This document shows positions 36,501-43,288 of a DNA stretch of 64,000 nucleotides, in pieces. Source of the DNA: an uncultured Solirubrobacterales bacterium (GTDB lineage: Bacteria; Actinomycetota; Thermoleophilia; Solirubrobacterales; 70-9); NCBI GenBank assembly GCA_963704515.1, contig OY969913.1, positions 1,352,137 to 1,416,136 of the forward strand. The letters run 5' to 3'. The position numbers and the translations under genes are program-made. Each line of letters begins with the position of its first letter. Within the stretch, counting starts at the first letter, position 1. The notes beneath the pieces were generated by a model. The model was given only the letters and a program-made list of their open reading frames with translations. It did no database searches and was not told the DNA's origin.

Positions 36501-37245
36501 CGAAGAAATCTCCGGCACGAACGTCTTCAAACAGGTGCCCTGCCAGGAGGCCTTCCTCTATGACTCGGCCACCGGCAAGCTCCTCTGCGCCTCGTGCAAC
36601 CCTTCGGGCGAGCGGCCGCTGGGGAGGACCTTCCTGCGGCTGCCCTCGCTGCAGGGACGAGAAACACAGCTCCAGCCCCGCTACCTGACCGACCAGGGCC
36701 GCCTCTTCTTCGACAGCCGCGACTCGATCGTGCCAGCCGACTCAAACGCCGGGGTCGAAGACGTCTATCAGTGGGAGCCGAGCGGCGTCGGCGACTGCGA
36801 ATCGCAGTTCGCCGAAGGCGGCTGCGTGCGGCTGATCTCGGCCGGGACCGGCACCGCGGACTCCAACTTCGTGACCATGGACCCGAGCGGTCAGAACGTC
36901 TTCTTCACCACCCGCGACCAGCTGGCGCTCAAAGACAGAGACGACCTCTATGACCTCTACGACGCCCGGGTGGAAGGCGGGATCGGGGCGGAAACCGAAA
37001 TCTCCCGCGCCGAATGCCAGGGCGAAGCCTGCCAGCCGCCGGTCTCGGCGCCCAACGACGCCACCCCGAGCTCCTCTTCCTTCGAAGGCCCGGGCAACCC
37101 CAGGGAAGCCAAGGCCAAGAAGCACAAGAAGAAGAGGCATAAGAAGAAGCACTCCCGCCACGCCCACAAGCACGGCAAGAAGCACGGAAGGCAAAAGCGC
37201 CACGGCAAGCGAGCCGCCAAGCCCAACCATGGAGGTGCCAAGTGA
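33595..37245 (+). CDS. secreted 1216-aa protein B: two repeated propeller-like regions, an FN3-like segment, polybasic K/H/R tail
   Basis: Signal peptide ...GASSASA/AFEG. NHL-like units (GTVYVATD, GYVYVFGG, GDVYVYD, GNLYVSEF). PD40/TolB-like units (APDGNSVVYEG, SEDGARAFFSD, SPNGRYLAFLS, DPSGQNVFFTT). Tail KAKKHKKKRHKKKHSRHAHKHGKKHGRQKRHGKR. Fold labels are inference. Confidence 0.8.
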   Translation: MSKHVKSPTHAARPAALLGAMAAALACLALLGASSASAAFEGVGHFAGKAGELHKESSSEWPEEVQLGGLGGMAVNYTGAGGVPAGTVYVATDQYPSAHIARYNPDGSFSERWTFKGHPEPEERCGPEGAAAHPVCKSQPGGNTNNTVDVDVDQTTGYVYVFGGENAQSSGEKIIHAYTPDGSEVIAEFGEAEPYQGKSTAESPEKLHALVSAELGALAVNSAGDVYVYDINRSSHSINGSGEVSEYHRLMEFEPESPGDYEHYVYAGQSHDVQAGFEGESKLPSMPVADAAGNLYVSEFEGGYVQKLDPHQPGAAPLCEFKVPGSGVYSLTVNPLTGEAFFFSEKNRRIHQLSAGCNGEGKFTETSSFAISPNRSYITGMALDPARVFSAGRPAGVLYAGSPDSEGGLTEGSYPETLVESALGYIFAQPPEIPPTVEAETVAHVTPTTATLSATVNPKGSTTRYVFQYETESAYEENEPSERFAGAMESPLGGAFAGEENKAVTVSASLAGLSPATAYRFRAVATSHCSEPEPEKLCETAGEAVAFRSFSLQAPGLPDQRAYELVSPVEKGGGEVIPAEPLNSSCPFGTPCKPGNKYEDFPMQAAPDGNSVVYEGSAFDSEHAALLANQYIARRTSSGWQTTNLTPTHLGSSGRQGYKAFATDLGKGVLRQASPELSPEAPAGYQDIYAQPSGNPPALTPLLTEGQAFNRPASEFELEYAGASADLSRIFFRANDALSEGTAFAPAAVDGGKEKDNLYEWHEGGISLVNVMPGNSETQPGASFGAPSTHPISEDGARAFFSDEAGQVYVREGGEATREIETEGVPDPGEFLVAAKDGSAVLLANGHLHYLDEEGEPTEDLTQGKGGFQGVVGESEELTHVYFVDTEVLDEAPNERGEGAEEGKNNLYAWGQGEGTRFVARLSTKDNPQFGGGDWKPPYERTAEASPNGRYLAFLSVAPLSGYDSTGPCEEISGTNVFKQVPCQEAFLYDSATGKLLCASCNPSGERPLGRTFLRLPSLQGRETQLQPRYLTDQGRLFFDSRDSIVPADSNAGVEDVYQWEPSGVGDCESQFAEGGCVRLISAGTGTADSNFVTMDPSGQNVFFTTRDQLALKDRDDLYDLYDARVEGGIGAETEISRAECQGEACQPPVSAPNDATPSSSSFEGPGNPREAKAKKHKKKRHKKKHSRHAHKHGKKHGRQKRHGKRAAKPNHGGAK

Positions 37246-40064
37246 GGACCGCGAAGACACTCTCCGCCCTGGCGGCCCTGCTCATCGCCCTGCTCGTCCC
37301 CGCGGCCGCCCGTGCGGACTTCGGCATCGAACCCGGCAGCGTCACGGTCACCGCCCGCAACGCCGACGGCACGATCGACACCCAGGCGGGTTCTCACCCG
37401 GCGAGCTTCGTCGTTCACTTCAAGCTGAAGACCAACCCCGACGGCACGACTGAAGGCGGGCAGATGCGCAACGTGATCGTCGACCTGCCGCCGGGCTTCA
37501 GCGGAGATCCGCAGGCGATCCCCACCTGCCCGCGAAAGCTGTTCGAGGGCGTGCTGCCGGCCTGCCCGGTCGAGACTCAGGTGGGCTTGATCCACACGAC
37601 GTCGCCGAGCATTCTGGGCGCGGAAATCAAGCTCCCCGTATACAACCTCGCCCCGCCGCCGGGAATCACGGCCCAGCTCGCCTTCTCCGGGGTCGAACTG
37701 ACCTCCCTGCAGCCGGTCTCGGTCAACACCGAATCGGGCTACGGCATCCACTTCGCGGCGATAAACGCGCCGGTCGAAGTCAGCGAAATCACCGAGACGA
37801 TCTGGGGCGTGCCCGCCGCCGAATATAACGATGCGAGGCGCGGCCAGCTCGCCGCCGAAGAAAACGGCGTCGGCGGCCAACCGGTGCCCTCCACCGCCCC
37901 CGAAAAGGCCTTCCTCACCCTGCCGGCCTCCTGCGGGGAAGCGCCGAAGACCACGGTCTCGGTCGACTCGGTGCAGGAACCGACCCACTACGACTCCGAA
38001 ACGGTCGAAGCGCTGAACGCCGCCGATCAGCCCCAGCCGATGAGCGGCTGCGCCGGGGTGCCCTTCAACCCCGAACTCTCCTCGCAGCCGACATCGAGGC
38101 TGGCGACCAACCCCTCGGGCCTCGACTTCACCCTGAAGCTCCACAACGACGGGCTCACCTCCCCGCACGGGATCGCGGAAACCGAGCCTGAGAAGGTCGC
38201 GGTCACGCTGCCCGAAGGGCTGACTATCAACCCCTCCTTCGCGTCGGGCGTCGGCACCTGCTCGGAGGCCCAATACAAGGCCGAACAGCTCGACTCCAAA
38301 GCGGGCGAAAACTGCCCCGAAGGCTCGAAGATCGGCTCGCTGATCGTCCACACCCCGCTGCTCGAAGAACCGATCGAAGGGGCGCTCTACCTGGCGGCGC
38401 CCTATACGAATCGCTTCGGCACCCTCGGCGCCATGTACATGGTCGGCAGAGCCCCAGAACGCGGCTTCCTGCTCAAGCAGGCGGGCAAGATCGAATTCGA
38501 CCAGTCGACCGGGCAGATCACGACCACCTTCGAAGACCTGCCGCCACTGGCCTTCTCCGAATTCAAGCTGCACTTCAGAGAAGGAGCGAGGGCGCCGCTC
38601 TCAACGCCGCAGGCCTGCGGCGAATACAAGACCACGGCGCTCTTGACCCCCTTCTCATCGAGCACCCCGGTGGAAAGAACCGCCTCCTTCCAGATCGAAC
38701 ACGGCTCCGAAGGCGGCGAATGCCCCACGGGCGGCACGCCGCCCTTCAAGCCGGGGCTGATCGCGGGGAGCATCAACAACGCCGCGGGTCGCTTCTCCCC
38801 CTTCAACGTGCGCCTCTTCCGCACCGACGCAGAACAGGAGATCACCCACTTCTCGATCAAGCTGCCCCCGGGAGTCGCCGCCAAGCTGGCGGGCATCCCC
38901 TTCTGCTCGGAGGCGGGCATCAGTCAGGCGCTCAGTCGCGAACGAGTCTCAGGCGGCGGCCGGGCGGAGATCGCAGACCCCTCCTGCCCGGCGGCATCTG
39001 ACATCGGCCACTCCCTGGTCGGGGTCGGGGTCGGCTCGGCGCTCACCTACGTGCCCGGCTCGGTCTACCTCGCCGGCCCCTACCACGGCAGCGCGATCTC
39101 GATCGTCGCGATCACCCCGGCGGTGGTCGGCCCCTTCGACGTCGGCACCGTGGTCGTCCGCCAGGCGCTGAGGGTTGACCCCGAAACCGGGGAAGTCTTC
39201 GTCGACGCCACCGGATCGGACCCGATCCCCCACATCGTCGACGGCATCCCGGTGCGCCTCCGCGACATCCGCGCCTACGTCGATCGCCCTAACTTCGCGA
39301 TCAACCCGACCGGCTGCAACCCGACCTCGACCGCCTCGACCCTGCTGGGATCGGGCACCAACTTCGCCACAGAAGCAGACGACCGCCCGGTGACCGTCGC
39401 CACCCGCTACCAGGCAGCCGACTGCTCGGCGCTGCCCTTCAAGCCAAAGCTCTCGCTGAAGCTCAGGGGAGCGACCCGCCGCGGCGGCAACCCCGCCCTT
39501 CACGCCGTGCTTCGCATGCACGGGATCGGCGAAGCGGGCATCGAGCGCGCCCAGGTCACCCTGCCGCACTCGGAGTTCATCGACAACGCCCACTTCAAGA
39601 CGATCTGCACCCGGGTGCAGTTCAAGGCGGGCAATGTCCCGGGCGAAAAGTGCCCCCCCGGCTCGATCTACGGCAAAGCCAAGGCCTACACCCCGATCCT
39701 CTCCGAAGCATTGACCGGCCCGGTCTACCTGCGCTCCTCCGAACACGAACTCCCCGACGTGGTCGCCTCGCTTCACTCCGGGGAGATCGACGTGGTGCTC
39801 GACGGGCGGATCGACTCGGTCAAGGGCAAGCTCAGAACCACCTTCGAATCGGTCCCCGACGCCCCGGTCTCGGCCGCGGTCTTCGACTTCTCAGGCGCCA
39901 AGAAGGGGCTCTTCGAAAACTCGACCAACCTCTGCGCGGCACCCCACCGAGCGATCGCCGCCTTCACCGGGCACAACGGCAAGACCCATGACTTCAACCC
40001 CGTTGTGAAGCCGACCGGTTGCCGCAAGGCCCACCACAAGAAGCACAAGGCCCACAAGCGGTGA
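37242..40064 (+). CDS. secreted 940-aa protein C: internally duplicated, four Cys-pair modules, basic tail
   Basis: The GTG overlaps the stop of B (GTGA). Signal peptide ...VPAAARA/DFG. Repeated LP-x-G...C...CP...G-x-(V/L)YL modules and the repeated C[AS][GA][VL]PF[NK]P[EK]LS motif. Tail CRKAHHKKHKAHKR. Confidence 0.8.
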   Translation: MRTAKTLSALAALLIALLVPAAARADFGIEPGSVTVTARNADGTIDTQAGSHPASFVVHFKLKTNPDGTTEGGQMRNVIVDLPPGFSGDPQAIPTCPRKLFEGVLPACPVETQVGLIHTTSPSILGAEIKLPVYNLAPPPGITAQLAFSGVELTSLQPVSVNTESGYGIHFAAINAPVEVSEITETIWGVPAAEYNDARRGQLAAEENGVGGQPVPSTAPEKAFLTLPASCGEAPKTTVSVDSVQEPTHYDSETVEALNAADQPQPMSGCAGVPFNPELSSQPTSRLATNPSGLDFTLKLHNDGLTSPHGIAETEPEKVAVTLPEGLTINPSFASGVGTCSEAQYKAEQLDSKAGENCPEGSKIGSLIVHTPLLEEPIEGALYLAAPYTNRFGTLGAMYMVGRAPERGFLLKQAGKIEFDQSTGQITTTFEDLPPLAFSEFKLHFREGARAPLSTPQACGEYKTTALLTPFSSSTPVERTASFQIEHGSEGGECPTGGTPPFKPGLIAGSINNAAGRFSPFNVRLFRTDAEQEITHFSIKLPPGVAAKLAGIPFCSEAGISQALSRERVSGGGRAEIADPSCPAASDIGHSLVGVGVGSALTYVPGSVYLAGPYHGSAISIVAITPAVVGPFDVGTVVVRQALRVDPETGEVFVDATGSDPIPHIVDGIPVRLRDIRAYVDRPNFAINPTGCNPTSTASTLLGSGTNFATEADDRPVTVATRYQAADCSALPFKPKLSLKLRGATRRGGNPALHAVLRMHGIGEAGIERAQVTLPHSEFIDNAHFKTICTRVQFKAGNVPGEKCPPGSIYGKAKAYTPILSEALTGPVYLRSSEHELPDVVASLHSGEIDVVLDGRIDSVKGKLRTTFESVPDAPVSAAVFDFSGAKKGLFENSTNLCAAPHRAIAAFTGHNGKTHDFNPVVKPTGCRKAHHKKHKAHKR

Positions 40065-40843
40065 GCCGCCGGGCGGGGGCCCTGGCTTTGGCAGGGGCGC
40101 TCCTCCTCACCATGGGAGGAGTCGCCCTCGCGGTGACCGTGCGATCCGAAGGCCTGCAGATCAGCGCCCTGGCCCAGGTAAAGCCCTACAAGCTCCCCAG
40201 AGCCAAACCGGCCCCGATCGCGGTCTTTATCGCCGGGCACCTGCAAAGCGCCAGGGGCGGCATCCCCCCACAGCTGCGGGAACTGAGGATCGAGGTAAAC
40301 CGCCACGGCCTGCTGCAATCCAGGGGCCTGCCCACCTGCCCGGTATCGCGCATCCAGCCCGCCACCACCTCAAGGGCGCTATCTGCCTGCGGGGAAGCGC
40401 TGATCGGCTCCGGGCAGTTCTGGGCAAACATCGTCTTGCCAGACCAGGGCGCCTACCGCACCCAGGGACGGCTCTCGATCTTCAACGGCAAGAGCAAGGG
40501 AAGACCCGCCGTCTTGGCCCAGATCTTCACCTCCCACCCCTTCAACTCCTCATTCGTGATCCCCTTCTCGATAAGGCACGTCTCCAAGGGCCCCTACGGC
40601 ACCGAGCTTCACGCCTCCCTGCCCCAGGCCCTGGGCGAATGGGGCTACCTGGACCGCATCAAGCTCACCCTGCGAAGGAAATACACCTTCAAGGGACAGC
40701 AGCTCTCCTACTTCAACGCCGCCTGCCCGGCCCCGGGCAACGCCAAGCGCACCTCCTTCCCGCTCGCCTACGCCAGCTTTGCCTTCGCCGGGCAAAAGAG
40801 CGTCGGCATCGCCGTCAACAAGTCATGCGGCGTCAAGGAATAG
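40061..40843 (+). CDS. secreted/anchored protein D (260 aa), carries one module related to protein C
   Basis: The GTG at 40061 overlaps the stop of C (GTGA). N-terminal hydrophobic ALALAGALLLTMGGVALA. GLPTCPVSRIQPATTSRALSACGEALIGSG resembles AIPTCPRKLFEGVLPACPVETQVG in C. Confidence 0.7.
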   Translation: MSRRAGALALAGALLLTMGGVALAVTVRSEGLQISALAQVKPYKLPRAKPAPIAVFIAGHLQSARGGIPPQLRELRIEVNRHGLLQSRGLPTCPVSRIQPATTSRALSACGEALIGSGQFWANIVLPDQGAYRTQGRLSIFNGKSKGRPAVLAQIFTSHPFNSSFVIPFSIRHVSKGPYGTELHASLPQALGEWGYLDRIKLTLRRKYTFKGQQLSYFNAACPAPGNAKRTSFPLAYASFAFAGQKSVGIAVNKSCGVKE

Positions 40844-40861
40844 ATGAGAGGAGAGCAGAAG

Positions 40862-41938
40862 ATGAGCAAGACGACCATTGCAAGCGCCCTGGCGGGGCTC
40901 TGTGCCCTGGGCCTGGCCCTCGCCCCGAGCGCCCAGGCCAAATACGACCCCCTGGGATCGGGCTCCCTGAAGCTCTCCCTCGACAAGCGCTTCGCCCGCT
41001 TCCTGCACGATGACGAAGTCAAGCTCACGGGCTCCGAAGGAGCGACCCGCAAGGCAGGGGCGATCCTGCTTGGAATCGACGCCGGCCACATGGACCCCAC
41101 GCTGGGCAAGGGCCAGGCAAACGCGGCGGGCACGCTCGTCTTCTCCAACCAGCGAAAGAAGGTCCCCCTGCGAGAGATCAGGGTCAAGGCGAAGCCCACC
41201 CCGCTGATCGCCAAGGTGGGGGGCTCCCAGCTGAAGGTGGCCGCCGCCAAGAAGACATCGGCGGGCAGGGCGGGCTTCGGCACCAAGTTCATCGCCACCA
41301 AGCTGACCCTGACCGCCAAGCTCGCCACCCGCCTCAACAAGAAGCTCCGCCCCAAGCTCCCCTTCTACGCCCACCAGCCCCTCGGCAAGCTCGTCCTGAA
41401 CGCCCAGCCCCAACTGGAGACGATCGAAGAAGGCGGCAGGGCGACCTTGGTCTTTGACTCCGGCTTCGCGGCAAAGCTCGCCTCCCGCTTCGTCGCGCTG
41501 AACCCGATCCATCCCGCCGAACACCTGGGAACCACCTTCACGATGCCGATCGCGATCGGCGGGCAGCTGGCCCCCGACGGATCGGAAGGCACGCTGCGGA
41601 CAGGCGGGACGATCGAAGCCCTGCAGCTGGGCGGCGGACAGGTCTTCTGGCAGGAGCTGTGGCTCGAAGTGGGAGCCGGGCAAACAAGCGCCGAAGTAGA
41701 TCTCGAGCCGACCCCCGCCTTTCCAGGAAAGCAGGGGCGGATCGGGGTCTTCTCCGCATCGCCTGGAGTCGTCTCCTCCGACCCCAAGGCGCGGACGATC
41801 TCCGACTCGGGGATCGGACTGGGGCTTCAGGGCTCAACCGCCGATGCGCTGAACGCGGCCTTCGCGCAGAACGAAGCGCCGGTGTTCGAGGCGGGGGAAG
41901 CGGTGGGGACGCTCTCGTTTACGGCGCAGGGGCAGTAG
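40862..41938 (+). CDS. secreted protein E (358 aa), two-domain, weakly HtaA-like pattern
   Basis: GGAGAG ribosome-binding site before the ATG at 40862. Signal peptide ...LAPSAQA/KYD. Two segments end in LT..A..LN-type motifs (LTLTAKLATRLNKKL; GSTADALNAAFAQ). The HtaA likeness is a weak inference. Confidence 0.7.
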   Translation: MSKTTIASALAGLCALGLALAPSAQAKYDPLGSGSLKLSLDKRFARFLHDDEVKLTGSEGATRKAGAILLGIDAGHMDPTLGKGQANAAGTLVFSNQRKKVPLREIRVKAKPTPLIAKVGGSQLKVAAAKKTSAGRAGFGTKFIATKLTLTAKLATRLNKKLRPKLPFYAHQPLGKLVLNAQPQLETIEEGGRATLVFDSGFAAKLASRFVALNPIHPAEHLGTTFTMPIAIGGQLAPDGSEGTLRTGGTIEALQLGGGQVFWQELWLEVGAGQTSAEVDLEPTPAFPGKQGRIGVFSASPGVVSSDPKARTISDSGIGLGLQGSTADALNAAFAQNEAPVFEAGEAVGTLSFTAQGQ

Positions 41939-42057
41939 GGGGCCTCCCCGAGTGGGGTAGGGGAGAGAAAAGACACAAAATTGGCACGTCCGCGTCTTGT
42001 TCCGTGCGCCTGAGCCGGTGAGCATCGGCCTCGCAATCGCGAACAAGGAGGCGTTCG

Positions 42058-42303
42058 ATGCTTTACATGGTGATGGGGTACCTGCACGCCGCAGTGGAGA
42101 CGCGGGTGCGGGCGATTCGCTCGCTTGCCGGCGACCGCGGCCAGGGGACGGTCGAGTACGTCGGCCTGATCCTGCTCGTCTCGCTGCTGATGGTCGGGAT
42201 GGTCGCGGCGATGAAGGGGTTCAACGGCAAGCAGGGCACCGAGTTGGCCGACGTGATCGTCAACAAGATCAAGGAAGCGGTCGACAAGGTGGCGTTCAAA
42301 TGA
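42058..42303 (+). CDS. Flp-like prepilin (class III signal peptide) protein, 81 aa
   Basis: AAGGAGG ribosome-binding site 6 nt upstream. ...LAGDRG/QGTVEYVGLILLVSLLMVGMVAAM fits the G/xxxxEY cleavage motif followed by a hydrophobic helix. Confidence 0.55.
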   Translation: MLYMVMGYLHAAVETRVRAIRSLAGDRGQGTVEYVGLILLVSLLMVGMVAAMKGFNGKQGTELADVIVNKIKEAVDKVAFK

Positions 42304-42431
42304 GGCTGGAGGTGGAGCGGCCCGGGCGGGCCGCTCCCGCCGCCATCCCCGTGCTGGGTGGGCTGGGCGATTCGGTGCGGGGGCCGGTGGGATGGATTCC
42401 GTCCGGGATGGGGCGTAGGCTGTATTACAGC

Positions 42432-42668
42432 ATGAGGCACAGGACGCAGCTATATCTGGACGAGGGTCAGTACCGCTGGCTGAAGCAGCGCGCCGGCGAG
42501 GCGGGGAGCATCGCCGCGGTCGTTCGCGAGCTGATCGACGCCGAGCGGGCGCGGGTCGTCGACCGCGGCGCCGATCCGTTGCTCAGCTACCTCGTCGACG
42601 AGGCGCCGGGGCAGGGCCGCCGGGGCACCAGCGTCGCCAGCCTCGATGCCGACCTCTACGGGCCATGA
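42432..42668 (+). CDS. vapB: ribbon-helix-helix (CopG-like) antitoxin
   Basis: MRHRTQLYLDEGQYRWLKQRAGEAGSIAAVVRELID. Its stop overlaps the vapC ATG (ATGA). Confidence 0.7.
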   Translation: MRHRTQLYLDEGQYRWLKQRAGEAGSIAAVVRELIDAERARVVDRGADPLLSYLVDEAPGQGRRGTSVASLDADLYGP

Positions 42669-43078
42669 AGTCGGTCTTCATCGACACCAGCGCCTTCGTC
42701 GCGCTGCGCAACTCGGCCGAGGCCGAGCACGAGCGGGCACGGGAGGCGCTGGGCGAGCTGATCGCCGAGGGCGTCGCCCTCTTCACCTCGAACTACGTCT
42801 TCGCCGAGACCTACACGGCGCTGATGGTGCGCGTCGGTCGCGGCGAGGCGATCGAGTGGGGGCGGCGCTTCCGCGGCGGCGGGGCGATCGACCTCGTCCA
42901 CCTCGACCGGCCGACGGAGGAACGCGCCTGGGAGATCCTCGAGCGCCACGAGGACAAGCGCTGGAGCTACGTCGACGCGACGTCCTTCGCGCTGATCGAG
43001 CGTGACGGGGGAGAGGAGGCGTTCGCGTTCGACTCCCATTTCGCCCAGCGCGGCCTGCGCGTGGTGCCCCGAGCGTAA
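42665..43078 (+). CDS. vapC: PIN-domain toxin
   Basis: MKSVFIDTSAFVAL..., internal E (FAETY), and C-terminal SYVDATSFALIE...FAFDSHF acidic residues of the PIN fold. Confidence 0.8.
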   Translation: MKSVFIDTSAFVALRNSAEAEHERAREALGELIAEGVALFTSNYVFAETYTALMVRVGRGEAIEWGRRFRGGGAIDLVHLDRPTEERAWEILERHEDKRWSYVDATSFALIERDGGEEAFAFDSHFAQRGLRVVPRA

Positions 43079-43113
43079 ACGGCAGATTACTTATTCCACT
43101 AGTTGAAAATTAC

Positions 43114-43143
43114 TTGACTGATAAGCGATCAGATGCCTATGCT
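43114..43143 (+). promoter_or_regulatory. sigma-70-like promoter TTGACT-18 nt-TATGCT upstream of rph
   Basis: Read directly in the AT-rich stretch 43079-43145. Confidence 0.45.
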
Positions 43144-43288
43144 GCTCGCGCAAGCTCTCGAGGCGCCGTCCCCCAGCCAGGCGCCAAGGGCTACCCCAGT
43201 GGGCGGGAAGGGCCGCGGTCGCCCGTGGCCCTTCCCGGTCTTCCCGGCCTCGCTGCATCGTGCGCCACGCCGTGACAGACTCGCGCCG

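Noticed and set aside
34102-38573. Long antisense ORFs (34102..36141, 36957..38573) opposite operon genes B and C
   Set aside because: They have R/G/A/E-rich composition and no motifs. The plus-strand frames have signal peptides, repeats and coherent domain structure.
42300-42431. Longer VapB starting at ATG 42300 (ATGA overlap with the Flp-like gene)
   Set aside because: RHH antitoxins begin with the beta-strand (RTQLYLDE here). The upstream 44 residues are Gly/Pro/Arg-rich filler. The longer start is still kept as a low-probability alternative.
31992-43145. Integrase, transposase or tRNA attachment site at the borders of the 32-43 kb block
   Set aside because: I looked for these on both strands and in all track ORFs and recognised none. 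The island interpretation therefore rests only on composition, the AT-rich borders and vapBC.
43133-43288. Track start (ATG 43133) giving a 293-aa RNase PH
   Set aside because: The extra 52 residues are Pro/Arg/Ala-rich with no homology pattern, and that ATG lies inside the predicted promoter. The ATG at 43289 gives the canonical roughly 240-aa protein.
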